A DNA stretch of 63,701 nucleotides, filler included, from Hausera hauseri (lineage: Eukaryota): the NCBI GenBank assembly GCA_046269625.1. It is 12 parts of 12 records of this genome, joined end to end, with 100 filler letters (N's around TTAATTAATTAA, not from the genome) between each part and the next. Parts side by side here need not be neighbours in the genome. Positions count along the whole stretch, not along the records: positions 21,519 to 26,053 come from JBJURY010537676.1; positions 26,154 to 30,213 come from JBJURY010786979.1; positions 30,314 to 36,187 come from JBJURY010176416.1; 9 more parts are not named here. One strand, written 5' to 3'. Positions 24,346 to 35,946 of the stretch are shown here, in pieces. The notes beneath the pieces were generated by a model that did no database searches, had not been told where the DNA came from, and saw only the letters and a program-made list of their open reading frames with translations. The position numbers and the translations under genes are program-made. Position 1 is the stretch's first letter; each line of letters starts with the position of its first letter.

Positions 24346-24933
24346 GTGGATATGGATAAAACACAGAGTAGCAGTTTATGGCAACTTAGGAAAGATATAA
24401 AAATATCCGCAGATTCAGATGACGATTTTTTACCCGAATGCACGTCAACACAGAAGAGTAAAGTTGGTGTGAAAAGGCAAGAGAAATCGTCGGTAGAAGT
24501 TGAGCCTAAGAAAATAAAAAGAATTGTGGAACCTGCCAGTAAGAATGTGCGGATGACAAAACATCGTCAGGCACAACTGTGCGAAGCAGAAAAGAAAGCT
24601 AACAATACACAAGAACGTAGGGAAATTCTTAAAAACTTACAACAAATATGGCGTGCTCAATGTGAAAAGAAAAGAATAAATACATTGAAATCAAAGGTTA
24701 AATCTAACGAAACAGTAGAAGTAATGGCACTGGACAATGCGAATGAATCAAGACTGCATGTGAACTTGAAGACGATTTTCAAAAATAAGCCAAAGGATAG
24801 GAGTAGAGATGAAGAAATGGCCAAGTTACGAAAGCAAGTCGAACAGTTAACAGAGCAGGTTGGACATTTTAAGCAAGTCATGGAAAGGCAAGGCCGAAAG
24901 ACATTTATGGAGGCAACCATGATATACAGTTGA
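24346..24933 (+). CDS. Hypothetical basic/coiled-coil protein
   Basis: 195-aa charged ORF, probably preceded by a short intron; no family recognised. Confidence 0.45.
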   Translation: MDMDKTQSSSLWQLRKDIKISADSDDDFLPECTSTQKSKVGVKRQEKSSVEVEPKKIKRIVEPASKNVRMTKHRQAQLCEAEKKANNTQERREILKNLQQIWRAQCEKKRINTLKSKVKSNETVEVMALDNANESRLHVNLKTIFKNKPKDRSRDEEMAKLRKQVEQLTEQVGHFKQVMERQGRKTFMEATMIYS

Positions 24934-25253
24934 CCTCCAATTTGGTTCGGTAATAATCCTTCCCTAGTAATGTCATGTATAAATATATTCGTAGAAATTC
25001 ATAAAAACATTATTAGCATAATCATGAGAAATATCATATATCCTAGCATTATTCGGAATTTTTTTTGTACCGTTGTATAAACCTATTATTATTAAATTAA
25101 TTTTTCAACTGTTTTTTTACAAAAAATATCAAATCAACAGGAAAAAAATACATAAAATTGATCATATCTGATACTGCTTACAAACTGACCAGTAGGCTTA
25201 TTTTATGAAATTACTTACCTATATAGAATATAAGAAATATAGCCAAAATGTAG

Positions 25254-25690
25254 ACCTTCGTTGAAATGTGTTTTGTGACTAAAATATTGAACTTTTGACC
25301 ACGATCTTTTTGTACTTTGTAGAGGAGAATCTGGGCTACAAGATTCGGGTATTGCTACCAAGTTATCATGATCAGAAGTATGAAAAATATGAATTCAAAA
25401 ATACCCCAATATTCGTGTAAAAATGTATTACATAATTGAAGCTTGTTTAATTTTTGTTCACTTTTAGTTAAAATTATGGAAATTTGTACCTTCATTCAAA
25501 TGTGTTTTGTGAGTGAAATATTGAACTTTCAATTATAATATTTTTGTATTTTGTAGAGGAGAATCAGGGCTATAAGGTTCTGTTATCGCTACCAAGTTAG
25601 CATGATTAAAAACATGAAAAATTCGAATTCAAAAATACCCCAATATTCGTGTAACGAAGCTCATTGTTACATAATTTGCGCTTGTTCTAT
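25254..25690. repeat. ~234-bp tandem duplication
   Basis: ACCTTC.TT.AAATGTGTTTTGTGA..GAATTCAAAAATACCCCAATATTCGTGTAA occurs at about 25254 and 25488. Confidence 0.85.
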
Positions 25691-25914
25691 TTCCCCTATA
25701 ATAAATATATTGATAAATAACAATATATGAAAAGTAGTAAAATGAAGACCATTTTTTCATAAAATACATTTGTTTATACAACACTACACATATTGGCTTA
25801 TAAGCCATTTTATGCAGTAATTGCCACACAACATAGTTAATAAATTTTGATACATAATATTATTGTATTCCATGGGGGCTGCCATTTGCTCTAATGTCGT
25901 CACAAAAGCAGGAG

Positions 25915-26053
25915 AGTAGTGCAAATATGGCGGTTCTGCCCCACCCCGGGGAGGGGGCAATCGATAAATCGATTTTGCACATGTGCTGATCGATAGAGCA
26001 CATTGTGTACTATCAATCCATAAAGTGCCTAGCAACGGTGCCGCTAGGAACCG
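25915..26053 (+). mobile_element. Maverick/Polinton terminal inverted repeat start
   Basis: AGTAGTGCAAATATGGCGGTTCTGCC..; reverse-complement homologue of 10520-10650 and 41950-42086. Confidence 0.7.
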
Positions 26054-26169
26054 NNNNNNNNNNNNNNNNNNNNNNNNNNNNNNNNNNNNNNNNNNNNTTA
26101 ATTAATTAANNNNNNNNNNNNNNNNNNNNNNNNNNNNNNNNNNNNNNNNNNNNTATATTCTGGAAAAAG

Positions 26170-26600
26170 ATGAAGTGCAAAAGGAGAAAGAAATACAGAT
26201 CACAATATTTGGTAATCCGACGTAATAGAGCCTATGCTACGATTAGGCCATATTTAGCCTATAATGAAAGAATAAATGAAATAGATAAAGAGGATAATGA
26301 ATTACTCAACATTACAAATACAGTACCAATGATATTAAATGAGAATGAAAACACACATACTACATTTTGTCTCATACCAATTTTAGCATTAGGATTCGCT
26401 AAGAATATTCTTAAGAGTCTACTGGAAGAATTGCTTATTAACTATGTACTAATAACCATTACTATTGGAGGATTAATTATTAAGAATCAAATGTTAACCA
26501 ATCAGATAAAATGTAACAATATACAAGATTTTATTGGTCAGCTAATCAAATTCAGTCTATGTGACTATAAATTGAAATTATTTCATTTTAGATTTGAAAA
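26170..26600 (+). pseudogene. C-terminal part of the FN3-like/TM accessory protein
   Basis: CKRRKKYRSQYLVIRR..IRPYLAY resembles CVGKYHVIYSIIRR..LQPDEEY of 9177-9839 and is followed by hydrophobic segments. Confidence 0.4.
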
Positions 26601-27251
26601 AATGACAAAACTGAACAACTCTCAAAATCAAGCTCCCAAATTGGGAAGCATCAAGCAAGTGAAACAAAATAATCAAATCAATTCAATCAATAAAACAAAC
26701 CAAATCAATCAGAACACAGAATCAGACAGAAAGGAAACTCAGTCAAATTCCATAAGCATCAATCAGAACAGAAATGAAACAGTTAAATCAAATAAATCAA
26801 CATACGAAATTAGTTACAAACGGAAAACAAACAGGTTGTAGAAGAGAAAATGTTACTAGAAAAATTCAGTCCAAAACGTTACTTTCTAATCACGGAATCA
26901 GGCATCTCTCTGCCGCAGATCAAACCATGACGATATGTTTCTATGAAAGAATAACTGAGCATTCTGGTGAAAAGGTTTACAAAGTCGGAGAAATTCCGAA
27001 CCACTTCAAATATGGCGAAATTAGAAACAGACAATTAATTCCCATCAAGATAGTTAAAATAGACACCCTATATCAATTGCCAAAATTAGCGGAAAATAAT
27101 ACAGGAATCGCCGTACACAGCTTTAGAAAAAGTCGAAATAAAGTTTCATAAATCGGACGAAGAAAATGATGACTTAAGTCAGGATTTAGATAACGATGAA
27201 GAAATTACAGAAGTTTTACACAGTGAAGAATCAATTCAAATTAACTACCCC

Positions 27252-28016
27252 TTGGAACCAAATCGTATACAGTTAATTACAAAAGAAATGATGGTTATCG
27301 GATTACTAGAAATATTTAAGGAAGAAATAATTCACCATTGGCCAGAACCGATGAAATTTAAAGAAGAACCATCGGAAAAGGACTTAGAAGCAAATCCCAA
27401 CATATTAATGACTAGCAAAGCGAGAAGCACACGATATATCGCAGCCTCCTTCTCGTATGGATTCAAATCAGACGGGACACAGCTAACGCTACCAATAGAA
27501 ATTATAATAGCAGAACAAGACGGAGAAATTATTTTTCACGAATTTATTGCTCCAAGAAGGATGATCAACAATTTGAACAAAGTCAGACATGGAGTTGATT
27601 GGAATCAAATTAATAGCGGAATGGATTCCCCAAAAGTGCAAGCAGAATTTGCTAAGTACATAATGGGATTCAAAATTGTTGCTTTGGAAGCACATAAAGT
27701 CTTTAAAGCATTGCGCGTACCCGTGACTCGCGCTAGTGCAATATTCGACCCAATGAAAGGTTTAGAAAAGATTAATGAAGTAACCATCACCAGTATAACT
27801 CAAATGATAAAGACTATGGGACTACCGAGATATCCAAGCACAACTGAAGGAAAATTGAAATTAACAAGAGCCGCCCACAAACAGATAACAGAGATCTACG
27901 ATTGGACTCCTATAAATCCTTCGGATAACATAGATAAATATGGAGATCTGACCAGTCGTGATTATAAATACATCAAAGGTATGAATTGGGAATTTGATGT
28001 AACAATGGAAGCATGA
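27252..28016 (+). CDS. REX4/ISG20-like DEDD exonuclease-fold protein lacking catalytic acids
   Basis: RYIAASFSY (canonical YVAIDCEM), IIIAEQDGEIIFHEFIAP, RHGV, VQAEF..IMGFKIVALEAHKVFKALRV follow REX4-family spacing. Confidence 0.7.
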   Translation: MEPNRIQLITKEMMVIGLLEIFKEEIIHHWPEPMKFKEEPSEKDLEANPNILMTSKARSTRYIAASFSYGFKSDGTQLTLPIEIIIAEQDGEIIFHEFIAPRRMINNLNKVRHGVDWNQINSGMDSPKVQAEFAKYIMGFKIVALEAHKVFKALRVPVTRASAIFDPMKGLEKINEVTITSITQMIKTMGLPRYPSTTEGKLKLTRAAHKQITEIYDWTPINPSDNIDKYGDLTSRDYKYIKGMNWEFDVTMEA

Positions 28017-28255
28017 AAAGAAAAGATAACGATAGAAATCAAAAACAATAATCACGGATCAGTAACTGATCGAGATATAAAAGTCACTGAACAGGAATCA
28101 GAAACCGAAAACAAAGAAATTCAGGATGAACTAGAAGAATCAGACTGTGAAATATTGGATTTAAAAGACGCAACAAAAATCAAAACAAATACGATCAACA
28201 CGTTGAAAAGGAAGAATGAAATGGACACACAAACCGAAGAGGTAATAATGAATTA

Positions 28256-28961
28256 ATGAAACAACTACTGAATTCCCTCTTTAAAAGCAAAAGACCGAAA
28301 GTACCAGTCAGTGAGATATTGATATCAATGGCCAACGGAATTTCTGTACCCATCGTTATAGATGAAGTACTAACGGACAAAGCAGTAACAATTCGTGAAG
28401 GAATCAAGCTACGACAAATAACCAAGTGGGAAGCAACAGGATGAAAAATTATTGCAATGCAGTACACGAAAATAAAAGAGCAAAACTCATCTATTACCAT
28501 ACAGAGAAACTACTGACATATGAAAACTCAGAATTGAAATGAATCCTGAAAAAGCGCCTAGATTTAAAAGCTTCCTAGTGGTCTCTAATCAAATAATACG
28601 ACATATCATTGTGAAAAGCAGTGCATTAGAGTTATCTGCACTGTTGGTAATAGGGAAAAATAAAACAACATTGATACCAATCAAAATAGCAACCACGGAA
28701 GAATTTGTAGGACTATTATCCGAATTATTTATGGATGACCAGTACGAATATCATTTTGATGGATCAAAAGAAACATTGGAGCCCAAGAAAGGAAATGCTA
28801 CAACACCAAACAGAAGACAAATATTGGACAGACTTCAAACGAAATTAAAACCGATCGCGGAGAATCCCAGTAACGAAGACGAAAAGCGGATATACGAAAC
28901 AACCGAAACATTCGACAGCACTGTAACCGACGAAGAAGTGGACTTGGACCGAATGGACTAA
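28256..28961 (+). pseudogene. Terminal accessory ORF(s)
   Basis: Two ORF pieces before the PPT; QLLNSLFKSK resembles SLLNYLFKKK at 10971-11258. Confidence 0.4.
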
Positions 28962-29124
28962 AACACCTGACAAACTTTATACATATTGTGATTACCTTCT
29001 ACTTATTTATTGTATTCTTTTATTTTTATTTTTTTAGACGCATATGTACATTTTTTATTCGCATGTATTCATTTTATTTAATAATTAACCCTTATAATTA
29101 ATTCCTTCAATATCACATTTCTTT

Positions 29125-29137
29125 AAGGGTAGGGGAA
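29125..29137 (+). promoter_or_regulatory. Polypurine tract
   Basis: AAGGGTAGGGGAA directly before TGTTGG. Confidence 0.85.
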
Positions 29138-30023
29138 TGTTGGTAATTAGTAGTGTAATAATTTTGTAATGTTATAATTTTGTAAATGATTTCTAATAAA
29201 TTTTATAAATAAGAAATAATTAAAATAACATAGCTATGAAGGATAATGAATTAGCGCCTTTTGGATTAATAGTAACTAAAATTAGTAGTTTTGTTTTAAC
29301 TAGTTATTTCACACACTTTCTCTGATCACGCATAACCTTGTTTATGATTGGTCAGAGATAGTTATATAAACTAACGCTAAATTCAGTCAATTCGAACACT
29401 TTTTCTCATACTGGTGCGCCAAGTCACTGAGAAGCTAAAAATTCTTACTGGTGCGTCCAAGTTAAAGAATTTAAACCGGGTTTATCTCGAGTTAAATATT
29501 TTCTCTCACTGGTGAGCCAAGTGATTGAAAAACATTCTTTCTCATACCGTTTCAAGCGAGTCCCTGAGAAGTTTTTATTTGATTAAATCTACAACTGTTG
29601 CAAGCAAGTTGTTAGATTATTATATCGGTATAACCGAATAAATAAATTAAAGTTTTGCTATTCCTCTGGTGCGTCCAAGAGAATTAGCTATTTGGTTTAT
29701 TTTTGGATTAGTTCTACAAGTAAATATTTTTTATCTTTTGTTCAATTGTTTATTGTTGTCGTATTAATACACAGTATTCAGGTATTGTTTTGTTCTTCTT
29801 TGGTGTATGAAATTTAAGAGAATTCTTAATTACATTGCTAATTATTTTGATTATTGGAAATTTTGCATAGAAGAAAGTTTGGAATTTTACTTGGTGAGAC
29901 ACAGTATAAGAAGAGAGCAACAGCATCAAGCTAATATTAAATTACGTGAGCAAAAAGCTAACTTAAAAGTTCAACCCTCAGATAATATTGTAAAAGCTAA
30001 TTAAATAGCCATTATTATTAAAA
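29138..30023 (+). repeat. LTR (~886 bp)
   Basis: Starts TGTTGGTAAT and ends ATTATTAAAA (degenerate inverted repeat); TATATAAA at 29363; AATAAA at 29641; bounded by PPT and PBS. Confidence 0.85.
29403..29688 (+). ncRNA. Array of ~8 bulged-A stem-loops in the LTR R/U5 region
   Basis: Repeated stem-(3-4 bp)-loop-(3-4 bp)-bulged A-stem units with compensatory substitutions; see findings. Confidence 0.75.
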
Positions 30024-30025
30024 TT

Positions 30026-30038
30026 TGGCGCCCGAACA
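30026..30038 (+). promoter_or_regulatory. Primer-binding site, tRNA-Lys(UUU)
   Basis: TGGCGCCCGAACA equals the first 13 nt of the classical Lys3 PBS, 2 nt after the LTR end. Confidence 0.9.
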
Positions 30039-30313
30039 AATTTAGGAAGGTGGAGTATTAAGCGTTAATAGAAGTGTTAAGTGTTAATAGATATTGATTA
30101 GAAAAATTTGCAAAAATAGCAAACAAATACTATACTCGAAGTCGAGCTAAATTATTTGAATTGCATCAAGAAAATATGGCAGAGCAGAATCCAAAGCGAA
30201 TTTACGCTTTCCANNNNNNNNNNNNNNNNNNNNNNNNNNNNNNNNNNNNNNNNNNNNTTAATTAATTAANNNNNNNNNNNNNNNNNNNNNNNNNNNNNNN
30301 NNNNNNNNNNNNN

Positions 30314-31740
30314 CTGAGTCCAATCGCAGTTGGACCACACTCCTTCCGTACGTTCTGCTTGGCTGGCGGAACACACCATCTACTTCTACATGCTGTTCAC
30401 CTGCAGAAGCATTATTTGGAACTTCTATCAGATCATTATTCGAGCTTACTGAGCTGGACAATATTCCTAAAGACAAAACCATACAGGCGGCACAGAAACA
30501 CTTCATTGAGATAAGCAAAGATTCATTTTGTAGACTATTACACGGAAATAAACCTTACATACCCGACGGTTTATATACTGCCAAGTTTGTTTGACTAAAG
30601 AATTAGACGTGGTGTGGTTTTCAACCTCAGTATGTCAGGCCTCACAAAGTAATTCGTTTACTCTCCCACAACATCATTATCCTCAAAGACGACAAAGAAG
30701 TAACAGTCCACATCAACAACGCTAAACCGACTTTCTTCATAGACGATACGTCTCCCATCAAAGCCACTTCTCCACCAACATCTATACACCACTCGCAGCA
30801 ATCCAACAATTTACCTTCCATCTCTTCTCAATTTCTTAATCCACTTTCCCGTACGTTTTCTCCCAAAAACTTCTACTTCAATTTCTCCTCACAATTCAGC
30901 CTCTTCTTCCTTATCCGATTTTGCACCTTCAAGCCTTTTCACACCCCTTTCATCCCCTCATAACAATCTGCTTTCTCCTTTTACAGTACTTCCTCCATGA
31001 AATACCACTTCGACTTCACGAATCTCTCCATCCACCCCTTTCATCATTCCAACCACTTGCACACTACCTTCTAATTACTTTCCTTCGCCTTTGCAATCTT
31101 CTTGCTTTCTTCCGTTTTGTACCTCTTCGTCGTCTTCTCTCTCTCACTGTCCTTCTCCTTCCACACCTTCCTCATCTTCGGCGCTTTCTTTCTTTCTTTC
31201 TCCTCTCACATTGCCTTTTACCCCTTTCTTTTCCTCTTCGCAACTTCCTCCTCTCTTTACTTCTCTCCTTATCTCTCTTTCTCTCTCTACCACTACCTCT
31301 GTTTCATCTTCCATTTACACTCTTTCATACAATTCAATTCCAACTTCTACTCCAGCTCTTTTCTCTCTTCCTTTATCCACCACTGCACCTTTTATCATTC
31401 TTCCGTCTTCTAACACTCTCTTCAATACCTTTAACCATCCGTTTTCAACAACCTCTCTTCCTCCTTCACCTTCTTCTCTTCTTTCTAACTCGTCTTTGCA
31501 TTACACAAAACTCACTACAAAATCCGACAATTTTTCCCCCAATTTCAAACTCTGCAAGCAAAAGGACAAAGCACGCAGAGTCACATTCAGCAATTATCGG
31601 AGGGAAAAATCAGTAGAAGGTACCCAACGTCTTGTCCACACTAAGACCAACTGACATATACACTATTTTGTTTAGCGCTTGTTTCTTTCCATCTGTTTTC
31701 GTCTTCATAGTTTTCACTTTACTACGGGGGCGTGATGTGG
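30314..31740 (+). mobile_element. 3' end of an unrelated Gypsy element (CsRn1/Kabuki-like integrase tail, pyrimidine-rich tract, PPT, LTR start)
   Basis: WTTLLPYVLLGWRNT..SPAEALFG, VTVHINNAKP, Ser/Pro-rich tail ending RRVTF; GGGGGCGTGA followed by TGTGG at 31736. Confidence 0.65.
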
Positions 31741-32053
31741 TGCCCACAGCGGCCGGAGCCCTTTGGCCCATTTGGTTGGGCACGGCCGGGCGTCCGTTTC
31801 CGCCGTGTCGGGTACATATTTGGGCCAGATTCCTCGCCTCGAAAATTTTACAAGAACTTCAACAAATGCATTAAGTATATCTACTCTTTCTCCTTCCTCA
31901 CATTTCTCTACTTTAAACTCAATATCCCCATTGTCAATATCAGTAAGTACGACAACAAAAAGTACATCAACACCAGTACCAATATCTACAGTCAAACCAA
32001 CAGCAATGTAAGATTACTCGAAAGTCACACATACACTTTGATTAAGCTGTGCT

Positions 32054-33082
32054 ATGAGGCGAACGGAGACGAGTAATGATAATTCTGTATCCCATTTAGA
32101 AGGAATTTCTTCTATCGAGTCCATCAACTTGTCTTCATTTAGAAGTAGATTAAATTTCAGACTATACGTCAAATCAGATATAGACTTTAATTGTTTTTGT
32201 AACTCTAAGTCTTATTCCAAAGCTTTATACGATTCTTCTAATACGCATATCAGCTGTCCTCTCGAATCTGGTATTGGAAGTTCTATTAGCTCAATCGATG
32301 TCAATTGTGGGATTAGTTGTACCGCATTAGGCTCCAGTAGTAATGTCGATTCTGAATTATCATTTCCAAGTAATCAGTCCGGTCATTGCTTCCGACATGA
32401 TTGTCACGATTTGCCACCAGTAACTGAAGAAGATGATTCAGACTGTTTGATAAACGCTCTCAGTACGGTTAGCGACGAGAATAAACTTTTAGACCATCTT
32501 CCATGGCATGAATTGGATATTAATTGTTCGAATTGCAAATCCGAGTCGCAAAAACCAATTTCTGATGTGTTAAATTTGGTAACGAAATTAGAAGATCTAC
32601 GATTCTGTCAGAAGTTGTGCGATCATTTTAAATCAACTCATGATGATTCATGTGCTTTTCTTCATGTCGCTGATAACAATCATTGTCACATTGAAAAACC
32701 GTGGGTTGCTGGTACTTTGATAAAACCTGTTCTTTCTCAACGATATCAATCCAACTAAGCGTTAATCAAATCGGAATTTTGCAGCAGTCGAAGTTTCGTC
32801 CCTGTCCTCTCCGACAAACACCATAGTTGTTAAGCAAGTTTCCGTCTTCATAGTTTGCACAATCCATCGATATTCTCTTGTAATTTTCGATCTCCTTTGT
32901 CATCAGATAATCGTCCGAATATATTCGATGAAGATGACACCGATAATCATATTTTACCTCGAACATTTGAGCGTGTTCTTGAATGGTTGAAATTGACTTG
33001 TGATCTGAATGCTGATAAATTTTGTGATTCTCATCATGGTGGCGACAGGACGTTTTGTGATAAATCACTTGATGAAAGATAA
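32054..33082 (+). CDS. Hypothetical Ser/Cys/His/Asp-rich ORF(s)
   Basis: 234-aa and 75-aa ORFs; no family recognised. Confidence 0.3.
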
Positions 33083-33559
33083 TGCGTTTGTACATGTGTG
33101 CATTTATGTATTGAAATATGCATGAGTTCAGAAAAACACAATTTTGTTTTAATAATAAAAATTTTTGGCGAATTTTAAAAAAACTGTTGTTTACAAGTTA
33201 CGCCATTATTTTTACTATTTGATTAGAATGAATTTGGATGCTAATATTTTGCAATCGTCAGTAATTAGAAATATCTTAAAACTAATTGTTCAATCTTGTG
33301 AAGTATTATCAAATTTTCTTCAGTCATCTCATTGTGACGACATCAGTTATGAATTTTAATCATTTGATTTGCCTATCTTATTCACTTTCGGAGATCAAAA
33401 TGGCGTGTTTCCAAGATTTTTTGACTCAAGCCCAGTTAAAGATTTTGAAATGTTGGCTGATGGTTGTCCTGGAATGGATCAAATAATCTTTCCGATTTAC
33501 ACGACTCCTATGAACTTTAATCATTGGTGTCAGAATATTTTCGCCAAGGTAACATTTTT

Positions 33560-33791
33560 TTCTAATATTGGTAACATGGTTAATTTTGTGCAACTCCAAC
33601 AAACTGTACCTATTATTATCGCTGCCCCAGGAATGGTTCATGACATATTTAAGAAAGACATTATTTCTACGATTTTTTGTAAAATCCTTGTAATTGATAA
33701 AGCTAATAAGTTGTTATCGTCAGATTTTGAAACCGTTCTAGATTTCATAGCAAGTAAATTGCCAAATCATCGTTAAATTATGCTCTACTCT
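33560..33791 (+). pseudogene. DDX6: DDX6/Me31B/Dhh1 DEAD-box helicase fragment
   Basis: LQQTVPIIIAAPGMVHD..CKILVIDKANKLLSSDF..LPNHR*IMLYS matches DDX6 motifs Ib-III, with DEAD changed to DKAN and a nonsense codon. Confidence 0.8.
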
Positions 33792-35946
33792 GTGTCCATT
33801 AACGAAATGACCGATGTTACGAAGGTATTGAAGAGCTTCAACAAACTGCAGCCGGGCCAATGGATAAGCATTTCCAAAGGAGTTCATAAGGACGACTTCT
33901 TTGCCATCGGTGATACTGTTGAAGGATCGAATGGGTTTCTGATGGATTTACTCGGGAAAATTTTGACAATCGACGTACGATATGTGTCGGTGTTGCCAAT
34001 GGAAAACGATCTTAAAAAACCGATGTCGTTCCAGCCGCATGAATTGCGCAAATATATCATGCCCGTGACTCGTGTTAAAGTGTTGCATGGGAAATACGAT
34101 AGCGAGACGGTAATTGTTGTCGCATACAATTTTAATGTTGCGGTGATTATGAGTGACATGAATGTGACGCAGTTTAAGGTGCAGCCACGGTATTTACAGT
34201 GGTACAGTCAGGCGATGAGTGCGTCAGTGACATGCGGTAATTTTCAGATTGTGGATTTGATTCAGAGTTATCCACAAACGGTTGGGGTTATTGTGAAACT
34301 TGAGAAGAATATAATGAATTTGTTGAGTACGGGAAATAGGATCATCACTCTGGGAACAAATAGTAATCTTCGTAAGAAATCATCAAATCGTGCGTGTGGT
34401 TTAGACGCTGAAAATAATGAAATTAAACCGAAAGATATCGTCAATGTTATTGATGGTATATTTTCTGGTCAACAAGGGGAAATCAAACACATTTATAAAT
34501 CATTTTCCTTTATTTACAATCGGAATTCCGCTGAAAATTCCGGTTATTTTGCCGTTAAAAATCGTCTGTTATCGAAAAAATGGAAAGGAAACAAAGTAGC
34601 TGATGATTCGTTTAAAATGCCAAGTGTACAAATTCCACAAAGCCCCCGATTGCACGATGTTTCAAATAACGTGGCTAATAACGATAAACAGAAATTCAAA
34701 ACGCCGTATTCGATAAAATCCGAAAAGAAATTCATTGGTTCCACTGCGAGAATAATTAAAGGACCTTTGAAGGGGAATATCGGGATAATTAAGGAAATTA
34801 AGGCGGACACGGCCACGATAGAGTTGCATTCCATGTTTAAAACGGTAAAAGTTGTGAAGGAAAATTTTGCTCTTTTGAATAGTTCCGGTCGAATAATCGA
34901 TTCACAATTTGGTGCCCAGAGTCTTAGAATTGGTGCAACCGGTGGAACATCTGCATGGGGTGGTCGTACTCCTAATTACGGTGTTCAGACACCGCTATAT
35001 GGGGCCGCTACACCACATTACAACACAGTAGGTGGAGAGACTCCACGGCATGTTGACAGTGCTGGTGGACGAACACCGCACATGGGTGGCGGACAAACAC
35101 CACGACAATTTGGATCTGAGACAGATACTAATAGAGCCGTTGCATTTGATCCGGCAGGAGCTACACCGGCTCATCATGGAAATTATGACATATTTGATGA
35201 AGATGTGGGTAGCGGTAATGTCAATGAACAGGCCCCATTGTCAGCATTGTCTAATAGCATATTAGGTGATTTGGTAATATTGGATGGGTATTTTTATGGT
35301 AGCAATGTTCAGACAGTCCAACTGTGTCTGTCATTTACAATCAAATAAATTCATCAAATCTCAACAACTCAGACATCGAGCGAGAAAGCCCGGGATCGGG
35401 CAGCATTTTCTCACCTGTTGGCAACATGCCACGTACACCAGCTTGTACAAATTACAACATATTTACCCCCGCTACACCGGGTAATGATTACGTGTCAGAG
35501 TCGAGTTATAATTTTGGTGGGAGACGTAGTAGTAGTCATCGATATGGGGATTTCAGTCTTAGTGTTATTCCACCGGATCATCTGTTCAAGAATGTCATTG
35601 TTCTGGCCAGAATTAATGATTCCGATATCAAAAAAGGTGTCATTCAGGCAACCCACGGCGATGTAGTCAGTTTGCGACTGCCAGATGAGAAACGAGTTGT
35701 GTCAGTGCGGTCAAATGAAATTTATCGATTGTTACCGGAAGCAGGCAATACAGTAAGTGACATAGGATGTCATCTGGTACAGTGATTATCGACAAATTCT
35801 TATAGGTCATTTACTTCACCAATGACAGTTTTGAAATTGGCCAATGTCTTACAATTGACAATGAGGAAGTTGTTGTCAAAATGAAGACTGAAGGAGAACC
35901 ACTTAAATTATGTCCTTTGAATTTTCTCGAGCCGTATCACGAGTAA
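33792..35946 (+). pseudogene. SPT5: N-terminally truncated Spt5 (KOW domains and CTR)
   Basis: INEMTDV, ELRKY, PQTVGVIVKLE, KOW4, KOW5 and G-x-TP repeats. GT-AG introns 35266-35312 (47 nt) and 35753-35805 (53 nt) restore the frame to the last KOW and the stop at 35946. NGN and most of KOW1 are absent. Confidence 0.9.

Larger units (their letters stand above)
26154..30213 (+). mobile_element. 3' accessory region - PPT - LTR - PBS - gag start of a complex Gypsy element
   Basis: Accessory ORFs homologous to fragments 2 and 12, followed by canonical cis signals. Confidence 0.85.

Noticed and set aside
30921-31654. Leu/Phe-rich multi-pass membrane protein ORFs
   Set aside because: All three frames are open because of a C/T-rich low-complexity tract; compositional artefact.
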